64,000 bases of DNA from Candidatus Iainarchaeum sp. (GTDB lineage: Archaea; Iainarchaeota; Iainarchaeia; Iainarchaeales; JAGVWC01), in the NCBI GenBank assembly GCA_018304465.1, contig JAGVWC010000009.1, positions 64,001 to 128,000 of the forward strand, given 5' to 3'. Under the pieces are notes generated by a model. That model was not told the DNA's origin. It saw nothing but the letters and a program-made list of their open reading frames with translations, and did not search any database. Positions within the stretch are counted from its first letter, which is position 1. Every line of letters starts with the position of its first letter. Of this stretch, positions 18,425 to 27,439 are shown one piece after another. Position numbers and translations under genes: made by a program.

Positions 18425-18488
18425 AGCCCCGGAGAAAATAACAGGGGAAGAGTAGGAGCCCAACCTCTTTTCGGCTTTTTGTCTTGCC
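18423..18488. repeat. att-like site 4 plus conserved arm
   Basis: TTAGCCCCGGAGAA core; 54/66 ungapped identity with 20943-21008 (hand count). Confidence 0.85.
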
Positions 18489-18545
18489 TTTTTTTTTATG
18501 AGTTGTACGTAAGGGTTTTTAGAGACTTGTGCCAAAATAACTTTA

Positions 18546-19088
18546 ATGGCATGGAAAGTTATCAATTCAAAGTATGCGTTTGACAACAAATTTGTGAAAG
18601 TCAGACAAGACGAATGCCTATTGCCGAACGGGTCTTCATCCGATTTTTTTACTGTAGAAATTCGAGATTGGGCACTGGTAGTTGCGTTTACGCCTTCAAA
18701 AGAAATCGTTTTGGTAAAACAATACCGGCACTCCGCCGGTCAAGAGCTGATTGAATTACCCGCAGGAGTAATGAAAAAAGATGAAAAACCGGAAGACGCA
18801 ATAAAACGTGAATTTTTGGAAGAAACCGGCATGGGACTAAAACAGATAGAAGAACTGGGAGCCTGGTTCACCATGAGCGGAAAAAGCAATTGTAAAACTA
18901 CCGCGTTTTTTGGGATTACGATGGAGCAAAAAGGAGCACAGCAATTGGACAAAGAAGAAAATATTCACATTCTTTTCAAAAAACCAAAAGAAGTTTTGCA
19001 AATGATTGCAACCGGAGAAATCAAAACAGCCCCTTATATCGCGGGAATCTTGGCCGCAAAAGAAAAACATCCCGAATATTTCAAGTGA
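18546..19088 (+). CDS. NUDIX hydrolase (ADP-ribose pyrophosphatase-like)
   Basis: KQYRH, ELPAG....E....AIKREFLEETG Nudix box. Confidence 0.92.
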   Translation: MAWKVINSKYAFDNKFVKVRQDECLLPNGSSSDFFTVEIRDWALVVAFTPSKEIVLVKQYRHSAGQELIELPAGVMKKDEKPEDAIKREFLEETGMGLKQIEELGAWFTMSGKSNCKTTAFFGITMEQKGAQQLDKEENIHILFKKPKEVLQMIATGEIKTAPYIAGILAAKEKHPEYFK

Positions 19089-19106
19089 CCTTGAAGGTTT
19101 TGAAGA

Positions 19107-19868
19107 TTGAAGGCGATCATTTTAGCGGGTGGCCAAGGAAAACGATTCGGAATTGCTCAAAAAATACTGCCAAAATCGTTGGTTCCGATTGGAGGAACGC
19201 CAATTCTGAAAGCGGTTATTGAGGATTTTGCGCAAAATCCAGAAGTAGACGAAGTTATCATTCTTGCAGGGGGAAACCGAAGAATTCGAAATTTTGCCAA
19301 CTGGACTCGCTTCAAAAAACCCGTGGCCGTTCTAAACGTGGATAAAGGCGTTTTTGGAGACCTATTGAGTGTTCGAGACAAAATCGGAAATCAGCCTTTT
19401 ATCATAGGAAATGCTGACAATCTGGTTCTTGCCAGACTCCCAACCAAGGAACAATTTGAAAAGTCCAATGCTTGGATGGTAACCGCAGTTACCCGAATCA
19501 AAAAACCAGGAGAATTTACGGGAATTGAATTTGAAGGCGAAACCGTTACCCGTGTCGATGAAAAAACAAGAACAAGTCAAACCGACTTCGGGGTTGTTGG
19601 CAAAAAAATGCTTTCGCCAGAAGTAATGGATTTTATTGCAACCCAATCATTTCCAAGAAACTCCGGCATTGGGGCATTAACCCAACGCCTTTTCGAAACC
19701 GGAAAAAAAATAGTCCCAATTATCGTTCCACGAGAAAATATTATCCACGTTACCAACTTTTCGGATTGGTGGAAACACAGCAAACGCTATGATTCCTTAC
19801 GCGCCGCATGGATTGCCACCAAATCAAGAATTCCGAAAAGAAAGCCCAGACGACCATACAAACGGTGA
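19107..19868 (+). CDS. Sugar-phosphate nucleotidyltransferase family, divergent, with basic C-tail
   Basis: AIILAGGQGKRF...PKSLVPIGG; GNAD; VDEK. Confidence 0.8.
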   Translation: MKAIILAGGQGKRFGIAQKILPKSLVPIGGTPILKAVIEDFAQNPEVDEVIILAGGNRRIRNFANWTRFKKPVAVLNVDKGVFGDLLSVRDKIGNQPFIIGNADNLVLARLPTKEQFEKSNAWMVTAVTRIKKPGEFTGIEFEGETVTRVDEKTRTSQTDFGVVGKKMLSPEVMDFIATQSFPRNSGIGALTQRLFETGKKIVPIIVPRENIIHVTNFSDWWKHSKRYDSLRAAWIATKSRIPKRKPRRPYKR

Positions 19869-19869
19869 A

Positions 19870-20844
19870 TCATAGGCGGGCCACTATGATTTTGGCAACA
19901 TCGTTAAAACGGGTTGCTGAATTCTCATTGTCAAACCACGCGGACAACAACAACTGGTTCCCAATCACCCGTGTTTGTTTGCCAAGCACAATAGCAGAAA
20001 ACGAAGAACCAATAAAGGCGTTTGAATCCTTTTCCGACTTCAAGAGCTGAACAAGGCCCTTCAAACTTTTCCTGCTTGCTTCCTCAAAAATACGGTTTAC
20101 CTGCCGCGGAGTGGCCTTTTTCTTCAAAACAAATCGTAGGTCCATCAAAGAAACGCCCGGATACGGGACCGTTCGATAATTCACAAAAAAATCCTTAAGA
20201 ACCGGGAAGAGTTTAGGCCCTACGTACTCCAAAGTGCAGGGCTTTAGCAAAATTTCACCAAACGGTTTTGAGATTTTATTCAGAGGTGTATTGTGAATAA
20301 CGCTTGCCGAAGCCGACAAAATTCCAAACTTGGAATGAACGATCTTGGCGACCGGAAGAAAACAATTGATGGTACAAGACCCATATGAGACAACATGGTG
20401 CTTTGAAGCAGCATATTCCTTTTCGTTAAACCCAACAATAAGCGTTTTATCTGCCGACATAGAAGTAGCTGAAATCAAAACTTTACGAATATTTTTCCGA
20501 AAATGCTGCATCGCTTGCTTTCGTTTCGTAAACTGACCAGAACACTCAAACACCAGTGAAACATCTTCAGACCACGGAATTAATCCTGGTTTTGATTCGG
20601 ATAAAAGCCCAATTTTTTTGTTACTTATCGAGAGCGTGTTCTTTCCAATCAGCCTAACCGGAAATCCGATAGGCCCAACAACGGCATCTGCTTTTAGGTT
20701 TCGAACAATTTGTGAAGGAGACGAAAACGGTTCATTAATTTGCACAATTTCATAGTTGGTCTTGCCCGAATTTTTTTCATGTATCCAAAGTCGAAGCAAA
20801 CGAAGCCCAAAACGACCAAGACCATTCAAACCAACTTTAATCAA
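19870..20844 (-). CDS. Class I glyceraldehyde-3-phosphate dehydrogenase-like protein, divergent
   Basis: VGLNGLGRFG, FECSGQFT, GSCTINC catalytic Cys, AWFDNE. Confidence 0.8.
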   Translation of the reverse strand: MIKVGLNGLGRFGLRLLRLWIHEKNSGKTNYEIVQINEPFSSPSQIVRNLKADAVVGPIGFPVRLIGKNTLSISNKKIGLLSESKPGLIPWSEDVSLVFECSGQFTKRKQAMQHFRKNIRKVLISATSMSADKTLIVGFNEKEYAASKHHVVSYGSCTINCFLPVAKIVHSKFGILSASASVIHNTPLNKISKPFGEILLKPCTLEYVGPKLFPVLKDFFVNYRTVPYPGVSLMDLRFVLKKKATPRQVNRIFEEASRKSLKGLVQLLKSEKDSNAFIGSSFSAIVLGKQTRVIGNQLLLSAWFDNENSATRFNDVAKIIVARL

Positions 20845-20930
20845 ACCAATCCCCAAGTTCAACAAAATTGATACGTTGATTCTATTAAAACGGTTATTTT
20901 CACCGACACTTGCCGAAGACGACATTTCGG

Positions 20931-21008
20931 ACTTTTTCCCTGTTAGCCTCGGAGAGAAAAACAGAGAAAAAGTAGGAGTCCAACTCCTTTACGGGATTTT
21001 GTCTTGCC
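20931..21008. repeat. att-like site 3 with inverted arms
   Basis: ACTTTTTCCCTGTT-AGCCTCGGAGAGAAA-AACAGAGAAAAAGT; left arm identical to 24982-24995, right part matches 18423-18488. Confidence 0.85.
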
Positions 21009-21066
21009 GTTTACTGACTGTGCGGAAGTCTTTTTATTACTTTTTGTGTTGAGCAATAATTCATTT

Positions 21067-21098
21067 TATTGCTTAATATAATAAGCAATATTTATAAA
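21067..21098 (+). promoter_or_regulatory. Operator-like palindrome plus TATA box
   Basis: TATTGCTTA-N6-TAAGCAATA followed directly by TTTATAAA, about 23 nt before ATG 21121. Confidence 0.55.
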
Positions 21099-21120
21099 CG
21101 GTTTGGCAGATAATTAAGTC

Positions 21121-22398
21121 ATGATTTCAAAACAGGCCCTGAAAACGGTTATTTCAGACCAATGGAAGGAATTCGAATCCTTAAAGGATTCCGTTCCGCG
21201 AAGCGTTTTTTCCAAAGCCTCTTCGTATACCGGCGCTTCGGCATTTGTCGTCAAAGGCGTGAGGCGTTGCGGGAAGTCCACTTTGCTCAAACAGTTGTTA
21301 AAAGCGAAGTTTGATGGGAATTTTTTTTATTTCAATTTTGACGACGATCGGATAGCCGGTTTTATCACTGCCGATTTTCAAACTTTGATTGAAACCTTGA
21401 TTGAGGCATATGGAGAGAAAAAGACCGTTCTTTTCGACGAGATTCAGAACATTGCCGGCTGGGAACTGTTCATCAACCGGATTTTGCGCCAAGGCTACAA
21501 GGTTTTCATCACCGGTTCCAATGCGAACCTGCTAAGCAAGGAGCTTGGAACCCATCTGACGGGCCGTCATGTGGACATTGAACTGTACCCATTTTCATTT
21601 TGCGAGTTCTTGAAAGCAAACAAAATCGAAGTCCCGAGAAAAGGGTTCTATTCTACCGAACAAAAAGCCCAATTATCCAAAAAATTCAAGGAATACATTT
21701 TGAAAGGAGGAATGCCAGAACCCGTCGTACTAAAAAACGAGGAAATGTTGACCCAAGTATTCAACGATATTGTGCAAAAAGATATTGTCACCCGATACAA
21801 TCCGCGAAAACCGTCCGAACTCAAAATCGTATTAAAATTCCTGCTGGCCAATGTTTCAAATCCCATCACATATCGTTCCATCCAAAGCAACTTTAACATT
21901 AAATCCGCGAACACGATACAAAAATACACAGAATACGCGGAAGAAACATACCTAGTTTTCTCAGTCCAACGGTTTGAAAAAACACTTAAAAAGTTTGATA
22001 AAAACCCGAAAAAAATATATTGCGTCGACAACGGGTTGATCCTGAAGAATACTCCAACGATTTTGGAACGAAAAGGCGCCTTGTTGGAAAACATTGTTGC
22101 GGTTCAATTGAAACGCATTGGAAAAGAATTTTACTATTACAAAAACAAGTCCTCGCATAACGAAGCCGACTTCGTGGTACCCGATGAAAAAACCGCGATT
22201 CAGGTTTGTTACGAACTCACGGACACCAATAAAGAACGAGAACTAAAAGGATTAACCGACGCAATGAAGGAAACCAAAGCAAATACGGGGCATATTCTTA
22301 CGCTGGAGCAGGAACAGGAAATAGAATACAATGACAAGAAGATCCCTGTCAAACCCGTCTGGCAATGGTTAATCGAAACTGAACCCGATAACACGTAA
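21121..22398 (+). CDS. AAA_14 ATPase with DUF4143 domain
   Basis: GVRRCGKST, FDEIQ, TGSNA, LTGR, KIYCVDNG, LENIV, EADF. Confidence 0.92.
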   Translation: MISKQALKTVISDQWKEFESLKDSVPRSVFSKASSYTGASAFVVKGVRRCGKSTLLKQLLKAKFDGNFFYFNFDDDRIAGFITADFQTLIETLIEAYGEKKTVLFDEIQNIAGWELFINRILRQGYKVFITGSNANLLSKELGTHLTGRHVDIELYPFSFCEFLKANKIEVPRKGFYSTEQKAQLSKKFKEYILKGGMPEPVVLKNEEMLTQVFNDIVQKDIVTRYNPRKPSELKIVLKFLLANVSNPITYRSIQSNFNIKSANTIQKYTEYAEETYLVFSVQRFEKTLKKFDKNPKKIYCVDNGLILKNTPTILERKGALLENIVAVQLKRIGKEFYYYKNKSSHNEADFVVPDEKTAIQVCYELTDTNKERELKGLTDAMKETKANTGHILTLEQEQEIEYNDKKIPVKPVWQWLIETEPDNT

Positions 22399-22421
22399 AA
22401 ACTGTGATGAGAAGAAGGAAA

Positions 22422-24257
22422 ATGAGCCATATATTTCAATTCAAGATTCAACTGGATGAAATTCAACCGCTTATTTGGCGGCGTTTTCTGGTCGGAGACG
22501 GGATAACTTTTCAACAGCTTCATGAAACCATCCAGACCGCCATGGAATGGGAGGATTCTCACATGTATGAATTCGTAATTGGCGAACATACGATTATATG
22601 CAGTGAAGAAGGGCATAATTTTGCCGAAGCGGACTTTCGAAAACTGTTCAAATCACCCGAATTTCTGAAAATGCTCGAAAAGCAGCAAATCGGAAAAGAA
22701 GGAACGATGCTCAATCTCAGAAAAGTTAACGCGCTAAAAGAAAAAATAGAAAAAAACAAGCCAAAGCAACTATTTGACCTGGAGACCCCGCTTCAGGCAC
22801 TCGTAAACAAAGAGGGGCAAGAATTCAAGTACAGCGATGACTTCGGAGACAACTGGAACCACACAGTCACCTTGGAAAAAATAATTGAGCAAAAAGACGC
22901 AAAAGAATACCCGATCTGCCTTGAAGGTGCCCGCGCAACTCCGCCTGAAGACTGTGGAGGCGTCACAGGGTATTACGAACTCGTGAAGGCAATGGCAAAC
23001 AAAAACAGCCCGCAACGGAAAGAATTGTTGGATTGGCTCGGATATGAATTCGATCCGGAAAAGTTTGGCCCGAACCAAATCAACAAGACGCTTTCCGACA
23101 AAACAACCCGCGAATTTTCGAATGAAGAATCAGCAAGAGTCCCTCTTTCTCCGCTCGTTCGGAAACTGACCCAACTTGACAACGAAGAAGGGTATAAACT
23201 CGGACAAAAAGAGGCAATGGATATGATGGCCCGCACAATCGATGAAATCGTTCAGGGCGGAGAAGCAATAACCCCTGAGCTTGGAATGCTATTGAATAGA
23301 GAAGAAACCTACAGCAGTTATTTTGCACTAAAAGCAATGCGAAAAATCGGTAGTCCGAAAGCGATACCGCCCCTGATTCAATTCCTGAAGACTTTTGAGA
23401 ACGGAGATTATTACGAATCCTACGAAGAAGCGATGTTCGCGCTTAACGACATTGGCAAGCCATCCATAACACCACTAATAAACGAAATAAGATCAAGTTT
23501 CAAAAAAAAGGAATATTACACCTATCTCGTGGGGGGCCTTACGCAGATTAAAAGCGAAGAAGCCTACGCATTCATGCTGGAAATCGTAGAAGATTACTTG
23601 AAAAACGACAAAAAATACGGGGCCTGGTTTGACATTGTTCATTTCATTTTTGATCTCGACAAACAGGAAAAAAAGGAAGCCATTCCGCTTCTTCAGCGAA
23701 TACTACTTGAAAAAGCGCTTGATCCGCGGCAAATTCGCGAAATAGCGGACACGATCAAAGAGATTGAAGATCCAAAAAAGTTTAAGGAAAGAATCGATCA
23801 AAAAATGGATGCCATCGACGGAGCTGAGAATATTCCGCTAAAAGAACTGTTAACGACCGAATGCGACGTTAAAGCGTTTCGGGAACTCGAAAAGGATTCA
23901 GAAAATTTTTACAAAACCTTCGATACGTTCTTTTTCATGATTGACGTGAGCGTTAAGCAATACCATAAAGTGAACCCCGATTTAACGGACGAAGACGTTC
24001 TTGAAGCATTGAAGCGCATAAAAGAGAATATTTGGAGAGACGAAAACGACACCGAAGTGGAAGCGGTTATAAAGAAGCAAATCAAACAGTATTTGTTATC
24101 CGCAAAACAAGAGGGGCAAATGGTAAGCACGATTGAACTGAAAACGCTGGTAGGAAAGATAATAAAACGAATCAAAAACCAATCGTTGGGGGAAGAAAGT
24201 TATTTGGAATCCATCGACTCACTTTTTGGCAAAAGCCCGGGCAACAGACCTGTTTAA
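22422..24257 (+). CDS. Plasmid pRiA4b ORF-3 family protein fused to HEAT-like helical repeats
   Basis: IWRRFLV, LHETIQTAMEWEDSHMYEF, DFGDNWNH, PPEDCGG; C-terminal AIPPLI/SITPLI repeats. Confidence 0.85.
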   Translation: MSHIFQFKIQLDEIQPLIWRRFLVGDGITFQQLHETIQTAMEWEDSHMYEFVIGEHTIICSEEGHNFAEADFRKLFKSPEFLKMLEKQQIGKEGTMLNLRKVNALKEKIEKNKPKQLFDLETPLQALVNKEGQEFKYSDDFGDNWNHTVTLEKIIEQKDAKEYPICLEGARATPPEDCGGVTGYYELVKAMANKNSPQRKELLDWLGYEFDPEKFGPNQINKTLSDKTTREFSNEESARVPLSPLVRKLTQLDNEEGYKLGQKEAMDMMARTIDEIVQGGEAITPELGMLLNREETYSSYFALKAMRKIGSPKAIPPLIQFLKTFENGDYYESYEEAMFALNDIGKPSITPLINEIRSSFKKKEYYTYLVGGLTQIKSEEAYAFMLEIVEDYLKNDKKYGAWFDIVHFIFDLDKQEKKEAIPLLQRILLEKALDPRQIREIADTIKEIEDPKKFKERIDQKMDAIDGAENIPLKELLTTECDVKAFRELEKDSENFYKTFDTFFFMIDVSVKQYHKVNPDLTDEDVLEALKRIKENIWRDENDTEVEAVIKKQIKQYLLSAKQEGQMVSTIELKTLVGKIIKRIKNQSLGEESYLESIDSLFGKSPGNRPV

Positions 24258-24296
24258 AACCGTTTGCAAAAATCCAATCGCCCAAATTGGCTTGAT

Positions 24297-24900
24297 TTAA
24301 TCCAAATCCCAAAAATCGGTTCCGTTGTCTTGAAGTTGTTCAAGGCGCATCCAGATGACGACCGCTCTGCGCTTTTTTTCAGGGAGTTTGCAGATAGTAA
24401 TCGCGCCCGCGTTCATGAGACGATAGAATTCGCTGACCGTGATCGGATTTTGACCGAATTGTTTGGCGAGTTCTTCGAATTTTTCCCTGCAATCAAAAAG
24501 AATTTCGTCATGGTTAAAACATTTCCGATCACAGTTGTTCCCTGCATAAGTATTGATTGCTCTGACGATGAGCAGAACCAGAGGTTTTTTCCGGAATTTT
24601 CCAATGGACGTCAAGACCCATTTTATTTCGGCATACGAAAAATCTTGCGGCAATGTTTTTTATTTCGGTCAAGCCTTTGTTCGGGTTTTCGTTGACCGCT
24701 TTTTTGATTAATTCGATTTTGGTAGGAGAAAGAAGTTCCTCAATCCGCGTTCGCTTTTGCCCCAATAAAATTCGAATGTGGTTTTCGATGGTAGAAAATG
24801 CGAGTTTTCGCTTGTAGGCAATTTCAGGCATTGAAAACCCCGCTTTATGCAATTCCAGAGTCATTTCAAGCGAATTTATCAATGCATTCTTTTCTTTCAT
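24297..24900 (-). pseudogene. Frameshifted HTH protein (RecQ C-terminal HTH_40-like)
   Basis: TLELHKAGFSMPEIAYKRKLAFSTIENH...LTEIK continues as LPQDFSYAEIKWVL in another frame near the A6 run at about 24655. Confidence 0.7.
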
Positions 24901-24981
24901 TCATTAAGAAGTAGGAAGTTTTCAGTATAAATGATGATAGGATATCAGCCCACGATTTCATAGAACGCTCTGTCGGCTACG

Positions 24982-25029
24982 ACTTTTTCCCTGTTAGCCC
25001 CAGAGAGGCCGAAGAACGGAAGTAATCAG
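24982..25029. repeat. att-like site 2 (exact 14-nt tRNA 3' end duplicate)
   Basis: TTAGCCCCAGAGAG at 24994-25007 is identical to 27332-27345. Confidence 0.88.
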
Positions 25030-25136
25030 CCTGTGAAATTTTTTTCTTCGCTTCATTTATATTACGACGTTGAAAAATATAAATGTGACGTTTTTGATTT
25101 GGGGCTTTCATGACCGATGTAATTTTTTTGTTCTTG

Positions 25137-25967
25137 TTATTTTTTTGGTAGCGAAGCAAATATTTCTTGTGTGAGTTCCTTGATTTCTTTTTTTGGTCTT
25201 CTGTTTCTGTGGGAATAGAGCGCTAGGAATAGAGCGTATGGCTTCCAGAATTGTTGTGTTTGTGTGAACTCGTTTGTGTTTCCGCCATTTCGCTTGTATT
25301 CGGATATGAATCTTGCTTGTTGTTGTGGAGTTAGTTTCAATTTGGTCATAGTTCGCCAAAGTTCAAAGTCGCGAAATGAAATGCCTGCATCTCCGATATC
25401 AATTGCGACGAGTTTGCCTTTGCGTGTTACGATGTTGTCGCGTGCCAAGTCGTTGTGTGACAAGACCAGCGGCAGGCGGGTGGCTGCATGGGTCAAAAAG
25501 AATGTGCGCAAGCGATTTGCCTGTGAAGCAGTTAGGAATCTTTCTTGTTCTAGTATTCGGGTTCTTTCTTTTATCCGGTTGAAAACGGTTTCTATTTTGG
25601 GAACCTGAATTTTAAGGGGAATGTGTGCAGAATGCATTTTGGCGACCATTCGAGCCATTTCTGCGATCTGGCCTCCGGTTAATCTTTTTCCTTCAAGGGT
25701 TTCTCCTGCAATATAATCTAACAGAACAAATGGTCCTTTTCTTAGCAACACTTTTTGTACGGGAACTCGGCGTTGTACCCAAGCATTTGATATTGCTTCT
25801 AATTCTTGGGCTCTGCGTGGATTTTTTTCCATGTGGTAGCGGTACTGTGGATCGGGCCTGTTGTCAATAAACACATGTCTTTCGTTAACTGAACCGCGAG
25901 TGACTTCCCGAAATTGTGGGGTAATCACAGGGCTTTTTTGAACCTGTTTTCTGCTGCTCCTTTTCAT
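25137..25967 (-). CDS. Aminoglycoside phosphotransferase / choline kinase-like protein
   Basis: LDYIAGETL, VAKMHS, SHNDLARDNI, IDIGDAG. Confidence 0.85.
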   Translation of the reverse strand: MKRSSRKQVQKSPVITPQFREVTRGSVNERHVFIDNRPDPQYRYHMEKNPRRAQELEAISNAWVQRRVPVQKVLLRKGPFVLLDYIAGETLEGKRLTGGQIAEMARMVAKMHSAHIPLKIQVPKIETVFNRIKERTRILEQERFLTASQANRLRTFFLTHAATRLPLVLSHNDLARDNIVTRKGKLVAIDIGDAGISFRDFELWRTMTKLKLTPQQQARFISEYKRNGGNTNEFTQTQQFWKPYALFLALYSHRNRRPKKEIKELTQEIFASLPKK

Positions 25968-26036
25968 GGCAACATCAAGAACCAATCACTATTTGTATGT
26001 TTCGAATGCATTGAGATTTGTAAAATGTAACGCAGA

Positions 26037-27268
26037 TTAAATTTTTGAGTCGGTTCCAAAAATCGCGTCTTCGGCTAAGGGTATTTTTTCCAGTATTTGA
26101 ACTACATTAGACTCTCCACCGAAAGCGTGTAAACAGTTGTGACAGACGTATCTTCGTTGGGTGGTTCGAAAAACGATTTTTTGCCGTCTACGATGCGTAG
26201 AAAGACAAAAACAGCAGGGGGGAGAAACGATTCCGATGGCTTCGCGGTAGGCTTGGTTGGCGTCGTCGGAGATTAAGCCGGAGTAGATTTTGATCATTTG
26301 GCTGGATTCGTTTCCCCAGATTCGCTTGCAGGCAAGGGACTGGCTTTTCAGGTTTTTGAGTGCCCAGGTGGCAGCGGATCGGCGGAATTTGGTGAAATAG
26401 ATTTTTTGGCCTTCGTATTGGGAGTATCGGAATCCTTTGGAGGATTTTTTTTGGGCCCAGTGGCCTAGGCCGACTTTGATAGCTAGTCGTTTGAGGGTGA
26501 GGTTGAGTAGTTGGTTGCTGATTGGTTTTGGGGGTCCATTGGTGGTACAAAAGAGAAAGTCATTGGGTTGTTGGCGGGGCTTTTTTCGTACCATTCACGG
26601 ACGTAGTAGGCAAGGTCGGGGGTTAGCAAGACGTTTTCGCGGGGAAAGGTTTTGGATTCAAGGAATGAGGCGGCTACGGTTCCGTCGGAATTGAATTCGA
26701 GGTTTTTTCGGCGTAATCCTAGTAGTTCGCCGGAGCGGGGTCCGCAGCCAAAGCCAACGGCAAGAAGAGCTTTGTGTTGCGTGTTTCCAGCGTTCAATAG
26801 TTTGGAGAATGTTTCGTCGGTGATGAGGAATTCGTCGAGTTTTGCTTTTCGCTTGGGGTCGGAATAGGGATTTTGAACGGTGATGGCGTCTTTGCAATTG
26901 AGCAAAATGGTGGGATAGCGATCGGGATTGGTCCACTTGATCCAGATTTTGATGTTTTTGACCATTTCCCGCCAGGTATGCAAGGAATAAACTTTGTGTT
27001 TGTTTTCGTATCGCTCAATGAGTTTAACCAATTCGTTGGTTTCGCTTTCTTGAAACGGTTTCAAAGGCTTTTCGAATAAGGTGGAAAAGAAGTGTAATTG
27101 GCTGGCTAAGCGGCTTTTTCGGGCAATGCTTAATTGTTTCTTTTTGAATCGATAGTTTTCGAGAAAATCAAGAATCAGAGTCTTATTAGGATTAGGTAAA
27201 CGATTGATTTTGACGAGTTCGGCAGCCATTCGCCGTTCTAAACAGTGCGGATCAAATATCTGGTCCAT
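26037..27268 (-). pseudogene. Tyrosine recombinase/integrase split by one frameshift
   Basis: ORF1 has GPRSGELLGL and SKT; ORF2 has FLF, KFRRSAAT, IWG...MIKIY and a CxxC..CxxC tail; frames switch at GAAAAAAGCCCC, about 26575-26588. Confidence 0.8.
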
Positions 27269-27332
27269 ATAATTAATCCCTCTCCTTTCACATAGTTAAG
27301 AAACGAAGAGAAGACTAATTACTTTCAGTTAT

Positions 27333-27424
27333 TAGCCCCAGAGAGATTCGAACTCTCGTCACGGGAGCGCTCCTACTTAGACATAATCAGAGTCCCGGAT
27401 GCTTGGCCACTACACTATGGGGCT
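27333..27424 (-). tRNA. tRNA-Gln(CTG) with 19-nt intron at 37/38
   Basis: AGCCCCA/TGGGGCT acceptor stem, CGGGA-CTCTGA[TTATGTCTAAGTAGGAGCG]C-TCCCG, GAGAG-TTCGAAT-CTCTC; intron forms a bulge-helix-bulge. Confidence 0.95.
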
Positions 27425-27439
27425 GTGGATGTGGAGGTT

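Larger units (their letters stand above)
15180..27345. mobile_element. tRNA-Gln-anchored genomic island made of tandem att-delimited blocks
   Basis: Integrase next to tRNA 3' end; four further copies of the tRNA end; TA, pRiA4b and DUF4143 cargo; several pseudogenes. Confidence 0.8.

Noticed and set aside
24264-24695. Plus-strand 143-aa ORF
   Set aside because: Antisense to the frameshifted HTH gene, which has recognisable motifs
15180-27345. CRISPR or classical integron attC interpretation of the repeats
   Set aside because: Spacing is kilobases, there are no cas genes, the core is tRNA-derived and there are no RYYYAAC/GTTRRRY ends
27368-27378. GCTCCTACT in the tRNA intron matches AGTAGGAGC in the site 4 arm in opposite orientation
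   Set aside because: Only 9 nt and plausible by chance; no mechanism supported
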